A stretch of DNA of 51,695 bases from Polyangiales bacterium (GTDB taxonomy: Bacteria > Myxococcota_A > Polyangia > Polyangiales > Houyiibacteriaceae), in NCBI GenBank assembly GCA_045106895.1, contig JBGCFM010000099.1, forward strand, positions 1-51,695. Reading direction: 5' to 3'. Under the pieces are notes generated by a model. That model was given only the letters and a program-made list of their open reading frames with translations. It had not been told where the DNA came from and did not search any database. A program made the position numbers and the translations under genes. Shown here in pieces: positions 47,514 to 51,695 of this stretch (position 1 is the stretch's first letter; each line of letters starts with the position of its first letter).

Positions 47514-48282
47514 TTTCGATTCCTGGAGTAACGCGGCGACGCGTGCGCTGGACCTGCTGTCGTTGTGCAGGCTCAATCAGATGAGAGTTGGTGACGTCTT
47601 CGAGACCTTCAACGATCTGAATGTCAGTTGGGTTACGCAGAGTGAGCTCGATCTTTCCGCTTGTGAGAGCGTGCGTAAGAAGTGCCGCTTGCTCGATGGT
47701 CACACCCACACTGAGGTCGCTCTGACGCTCAGCGTTCTGCGCCATACCTTCGCCGCCCGTGTCTTGGCCGACGGCAAGAACAAGAATATTCTGGAGGAGA
47801 GAGATCGTGATCTGGCCATCCTCTTCTGCACCCGGACGAGTTCCGGTGAAGAGCAAGTCGACTCGGTCCCCAGGTCGGAGCAACGTGACGAGAGCGTCGC
47901 GCCGATCCACCTGAATCGTGATGGCGCGCATGCCGCGGCGAAGAAGTTCGGAGAGGTCTCGGCGGCCTTCCACAGCCGTCGCCAGGTCGGTCCAGAGGAG
48001 AGCCTGGTTGGCTCGCAGCCCATGTGCTGAGCGAATGCCGAGGATGCGGTCCTGGTCCGTCGCGCGAACGTGGCGATCCTCAACGTAGGCCGTCGGCATT
48101 TGGCGAATCGCGAGCGACTCCGCGGTGACCGGCTGACCGAGGGGAAGGTCCTGACGAACCATCAAAATTTCGATGGGCGCACCGCCGGATGCCTCGGCTT
48201 CGTAGCGACGCATGTAGAAGAACAGAAGGACGAAGCCAGTTACGGCAACGAAGACCCCGGCGAGCAGTGCTTTGTGGTTCAT
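47503..48282 (-). CDS. cpaB: Flp pilus assembly protein CpaB/RcpC
   Basis: N-terminal TM, SAF-like segment, GMRAITI, LRPGDRVDLL, LLQNILVLAVGQ, LTLRN. Confidence 0.92.
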   Translation of the reverse strand: MNHKALLAGVFVAVTGFVLLFFYMRRYEAEASGGAPIEILMVRQDLPLGQPVTAESLAIRQMPTAYVEDRHVRATDQDRILGIRSAHGLRANQALLWTDLATAVEGRRDLSELLRRGMRAITIQVDRRDALVTLLRPGDRVDLLFTGTRPGAEEDGQITISLLQNILVLAVGQDTGGEGMAQNAERQSDLSVGVTIEQAALLTHALTSGKIELTLRNPTDIQIVEGLEDVTNSHLIEPAQRQQVQRTRRRVTPGIENVQ

Positions 48283-48361
48283 GTCACCTCAGTGAGCACC
48301 CTACCTTAGGACGCTCACCAAGATCCACATGGTTCTCAGCTGATAGGCCTGAAGAGTTGGT

Positions 48362-49309
48362 TCAGCTGTCCGTTGAAGACGGACCGTCACTCATCATCAC
48401 GCTCGACACGGTCATGTCGTCCTCCGCATGGATCGAGATGGTCACGAGACGCTCGTCCTTGGAGAAGGTGATGATTCGAGTACCGTTGACGCTCAGGCGC
48501 TCACCGGACTGTGCTTCAACGATGCTCCAGCCCTCTGTGGGAAGGCTGCCCTCGAAGTGTGACGCCACGCCGCTGATGTCTTCACCCGGCGTCGTGTAGA
48601 TGGTCATGCTGTACGGCTCGCCCGTCTCAGCAGAGGAGAGAAGCCGGCGGGACCCTTCAGGCCGTGGCACAAGGTCTACGCCTGGAGCGTCGCCCGTTTC
48701 CGGGAACATGTGATTGAGGTTGAGGTCAGAGTCCGAGAACATGGTGACGTAGAAGGTGCTCTCTTCACCGCGCTCCGCATACATGTACCGAAGGTTACCT
48801 ACATCTGCGATGTTGCCGGTGTCCAAGAAACGAGTCACTCGGCTGATGATGGAATCGGCGTCCTGTTCTTCCTCGCCCATATCAAGGCAGGAAACATAGC
48901 CGCGACTTCCTTCGTTCATCGTGAGGGTTCCATCCACAGAGCCGGGCTCGAACTCCGCGAACTCTGGAAGCTGCTCGCCGATCTCGGCCATCTGCTGTGC
49001 CAAACGACCGTCTCGCTCCTGGCACTTCGCCTCGAAGAACCCGAGGGTTTCCTCAAGCGATGACGAAACCCAGCCCGTGCGCATCTGAATCGCAGCGCCG
49101 TTGAGGCGGAGCTCTCGCAGGCGAGACTCCTCAGCGCCAGGGTGGTGCATCATCTCTGCGCCAAGACCCAGCATGATCTCTTCAACCTCCGCACGGGCTT
49201 CGCGGACGGCGAAGGCCATGGCAATGCCGTAGACCACCACCGCGAACACGATGACGCGTGCGAGTTTCGGGAGCGCTGAGGCGATTCTGCTTTTCAGGTT
49301 TTTACGCAT
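48362..49309 (-). CDS. Hypothetical membrane-anchored periplasmic protein in the Tad locus
   Basis: 315-aa ORF with a basic N-terminus, one TM and an acidic soluble domain. Confidence 0.7.
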   Translation of the reverse strand: MRKNLKSRIASALPKLARVIVFAVVVYGIAMAFAVREARAEVEEIMLGLGAEMMHHPGAEESRLRELRLNGAAIQMRTGWVSSSLEETLGFFEAKCQERDGRLAQQMAEIGEQLPEFAEFEPGSVDGTLTMNEGSRGYVSCLDMGEEEQDADSIISRVTRFLDTGNIADVGNLRYMYAERGEESTFYVTMFSDSDLNLNHMFPETGDAPGVDLVPRPEGSRRLLSSAETGEPYSMTIYTTPGEDISGVASHFEGSLPTEGWSIVEAQSGERLSVNGTRIITFSKDERLVTISIHAEDDMTVSSVMMSDGPSSTDS

Positions 49310-49318
49310 GTCGACTCA

Positions 49319-49813
49319 CTAACAGAAGCTGATGAAATCTAGGAAACTGCCGAGACCTGGCACATTACAGATGGCTTCTTTGAGGATCATCCACAAAGTC
49401 TGCCGCTTGGTGTTGCAGACCAACGAGACGTCCGCAGATGCCGCACCACCCGACATGAGACCCCATGGCGTACCGCCGACCTCGTAGTCCACGCTGCTGG
49501 CGCCGCTGACGTTGGGACCGAAGATGGGGCCCAGAATGTCCATGATCCAGCCGCTGCCGGACAGGCCGTCACCAACGGCAGCACCGTCAGCACAACCCGA
49601 ACCTTCACAGCTACCGCCCTCGAAGAACGTGCAGCCTGCCATGGAGAGCTCCCAAGCTTGGCTGCGTGCGTTCATCATCGCCGTGCCGCGGGCGACATTG
49701 GCGTTGTAGAGGAGATGGTAGGCCCAGATGATGGTGATAAAGACGGGGATCATCACACACGCTTCTGCGTAGGCTGCTCCTCGGCTGCGTCGTTTTCTTT
49801 GAAGTCGAAGCAT
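49319..49813 (-). CDS. TadE-like minor pilin with Cys-rich C-terminus
   Basis: ATG 49813 after AAGGA; class III signal RKRRSRG|AAYAE (Glu at +5) followed by a hydrophobic helix. Confidence 0.8.
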   Translation of the reverse strand: MLRLQRKRRSRGAAYAEACVMIPVFITIIWAYHLLYNANVARGTAMMNARSQAWELSMAGCTFFEGGSCEGSGCADGAAVGDGLSGSGWIMDILGPIFGPNVSGASSVDYEVGGTPWGLMSGGAASADVSLVCNTKRQTLWMILKEAICNVPGLGSFLDFISFC

Positions 49814-49823
49814 CGTGAGTTCC

Positions 49824-51695
49824 TTAGTGAATGAAGACCGCGTCGAACCAACCGGTGAGTCTGCTGCCGAGGCTCGTGCCGCTGGCTGAGTCCTCTGCGC
49901 CAGCGGGGTCGCTGAAGTGAATGCGTCGCATACGTGCTGTCCACGCCATGTCCCACATCCACTCTCGCTCGTCGCCATGCTCGTTGTAGAAGCCCTCGCA
50001 GTGAGTGCCGTCTCCGCCGTTGCAGTTCTCATCCTGGTCCCAGAAGAACTCGGACTGGCTGAGACTGACTCGGCCGATGGTGTGAGCTGCGCCCCAGATG
50101 CCGATGTGGGCACTTGGGTCCGGGATGGTGACACCGCGAATACCGCGCTGCCCAGGACCGCTCCAAGTCGCTACTCGAGTTCCTTGGTCGGCGTTGCTCG
50201 ACTGTTCTCGTCCCAAGGCTGCGCCTCGAATCTGGAACTCTGAAGCGCCGTGGAAGATATCGTCACCATCGTCTGCGCAACCGCTCAACGAGATGACCGC
50301 GCCGCGGCCCGTGTGTTCACAGACTCGCTGTGGAGGTTTCCAGTCACCGGACTCAGCCGCCGTCTCGCCACCAAATCCAACGTCGATTGGCAGAGCTTCC
50401 TCGACGATGCAGTTAGACACGAGTCGGATTTCACGCCGGTAGTGGTATGGGTTCCGGCCGAGGTCCGCGATTGCAGCGTCGAAGTTCGCGGGAAGGCTGT
50501 TGCACACAGGGTGTGCTGGGTCCGAGCCGTCGAGAGGTCCGCCGGCGGTTGGAAGCACAGAGGCCCAGTTCGAAGGAAGAGCGTCGTGAGGACACGAGGC
50601 TGCAAAGGCTTGAGCTCCCGAGCCACCTGCCTGCCAGGCCATACCGGAGCCACACACCGAGGACGCGCGGTCAGGACCACGGCCCCGCCAGTTACGCAGG
50701 TCGTTCGTGAGCTCGTTCGGGTGAACGGCACGTGCTGCCCAAGTACATTCTGAAGCCGCTGCACCAGGCAGCGAAGTTCGGAAGTAGGCAACGTAGCGCT
50801 CCTCCGTACTCCACATGACCTCTTGCCCCGAGCGACACTGACCCGTCGCCTGTTGCACACGATCGATGCAGCCTGGTTGAAGCGTCGTCTGCTGAACTCG
50901 AGCGCCTTGGCGGAGTGCGCCGTCTTCGTCACCAGGAACCTGCTCACCTCGGTGCACCTCGTAGGTGGTGCCGCGGTCATCGTCGTAACAGCCCTGCCAG
51001 CGGCGAACGGCCACGTTACACCAAGCATCACCCTCGTGCGTTGTTGCACTTCGGTTGATCTGGGTGGGAGGACAATACGCTGGTCCGAAAAGCGCAGCTT
51101 CCTGGGTCGCCTCGTGGCAGGCGTTATTCAGGAAAGTGCCGCAAGCATCACTCGTCACGTCATCACACGCCGCTGGGCATGAGCCCGTAACCGGGTTGCA
51201 CTGAGTCTCGCACGCCTCCGAACTTGGTGTCGAAGGTTTGGATCTCTCCACCGTGTATGCCGGGGGATCGGGCGCCGCTGGGCCACCACAGAAGTAGGCA
51301 GAGAAGGAGTCATAGATCGCTCTCGCGCCACTTCGAATCCAGCTCGCAACGCGGCCACCAATGATTGGAATACGCTCGAAAGGTGAGGCGATAAGACGGA
51401 CTGCTAGCTGCGCGCCTCGGTCGCAGGTCTCCCTAAATATATGATCCTCGACCGGTAAGGCCGCATAGAGCGGGAAGACTACACCCAGGGTTGCCGGAGA
51501 ATTCGACACACCTCGACTTCCCGTCATGTTGTAGATCGCACGACCCTGCCCGACAGCAGGCCATGCATATTTGATCGCTTGTTGGGCGATGTGACAGACG
51601 TTGATTATTCCCTTCGCGATAGGCTCGAAGGCGTCTGCGACTCGGCCAATGGCCGTTCGAAGCGTGTTCAAGAAGGCGACGGCGGGAGCTGTACA
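49824..51695 (-). CDS. Large Cys-rich TadG-like/tip pilin candidate (5' end outside window)
   Basis: Frame is open to the window edge; very Cys-rich; C-terminal SQSEFFW...WMWDMAWTARMRR resembles TadG-like C-termini; lies directly upstream of the TadE-like gene. Confidence 0.6.
   Translation of the reverse strand, partial: CTAPAVAFLNTLRTAIGRVADAFEPIAKGIINVCHIAQQAIKYAWPAVGQGRAIYNMTGSRGVSNSPATLGVVFPLYAALPVEDHIFRETCDRGAQLAVRLIASPFERIPIIGGRVASWIRSGARAIYDSFSAYFCGGPAAPDPPAYTVERSKPSTPSSEACETQCNPVTGSCPAACDDVTSDACGTFLNNACHEATQEAALFGPAYCPPTQINRSATTHEGDAWCNVAVRRWQGCYDDDRGTTYEVHRGEQVPGDEDGALRQGARVQQTTLQPGCIDRVQQATGQCRSGQEVMWSTEERYVAYFRTSLPGAAASECTWAARAVHPNELTNDLRNWRGRGPDRASSVCGSGMAWQAGGSGAQAFAASCPHDALPSNWASVLPTAGGPLDGSDPAHPVCNSLPANFDAAIADLGRNPYHYRREIRLVSNCIVEEALPIDVGFGGETAAESGDWKPPQRVCEHTGRGAVISLSGCADDGDDIFHGASEFQIRGAALGREQSSNADQGTRVATWSGPGQRGIRGVTIPDPSAHIGIWGAAHTIGRVSLSQSEFFWDQDENCNGGDGTHCEGFYNEHGDEREWMWDMAWTARMRRIHFSDPAGAEDSASGTSLGSRLTGWFDAVFIH

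Overview
High-GC bacterial chromosomal window, most likely Myxococcota (Polyangiales-like). That placement is an inference from the eukaryote-like Ser/Thr kinase with an HRDVSP loop, the DUF1592/DUF1552 pair, Cys-rich lipoproteins, FHA-linked Tad genes and sigma54 promoters. About 39 CDS. I could not support any rRNA, tRNA, CRISPR array, transposase or integrase. The left half is mostly housekeeping and signalling: DUF1552/DUF1592, K+ channel, dapF, SNF2 helicase, fatty-acid desaturase plus kinase, TraB/GumN, recX, PilZ, maeB, pgl, GT-C glycosyltransferase, glcD-like oxidase and pdhABC. The right half holds the two most striking systems. (1) A self-contained two-gene operon (26511-35524) of paralogous ~1450-1550 aa Cys-rich lipoprotein metzincin-type proteases. 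It has a near-consensus sigma54 promoter, a candidate enhancer palindrome, a ~178-nt structured and repeat-bearing 5' leader, and a UUCG terminator. (2) A Tad/Flp pilus operon (37088 to the window end) resembling the myxobacterial Kil-type predation apparatus. It has two CpaF ATPases (one fused to an intact FHA domain), two further degenerate-FHA membrane proteins, no visible TadZ/CpaE, and Cys-rich pilin-like subunits. All family calls are by motif recognition without database searches. Several start codons were moved from the ORF track using RBS, signal-peptide and overlap evidence.
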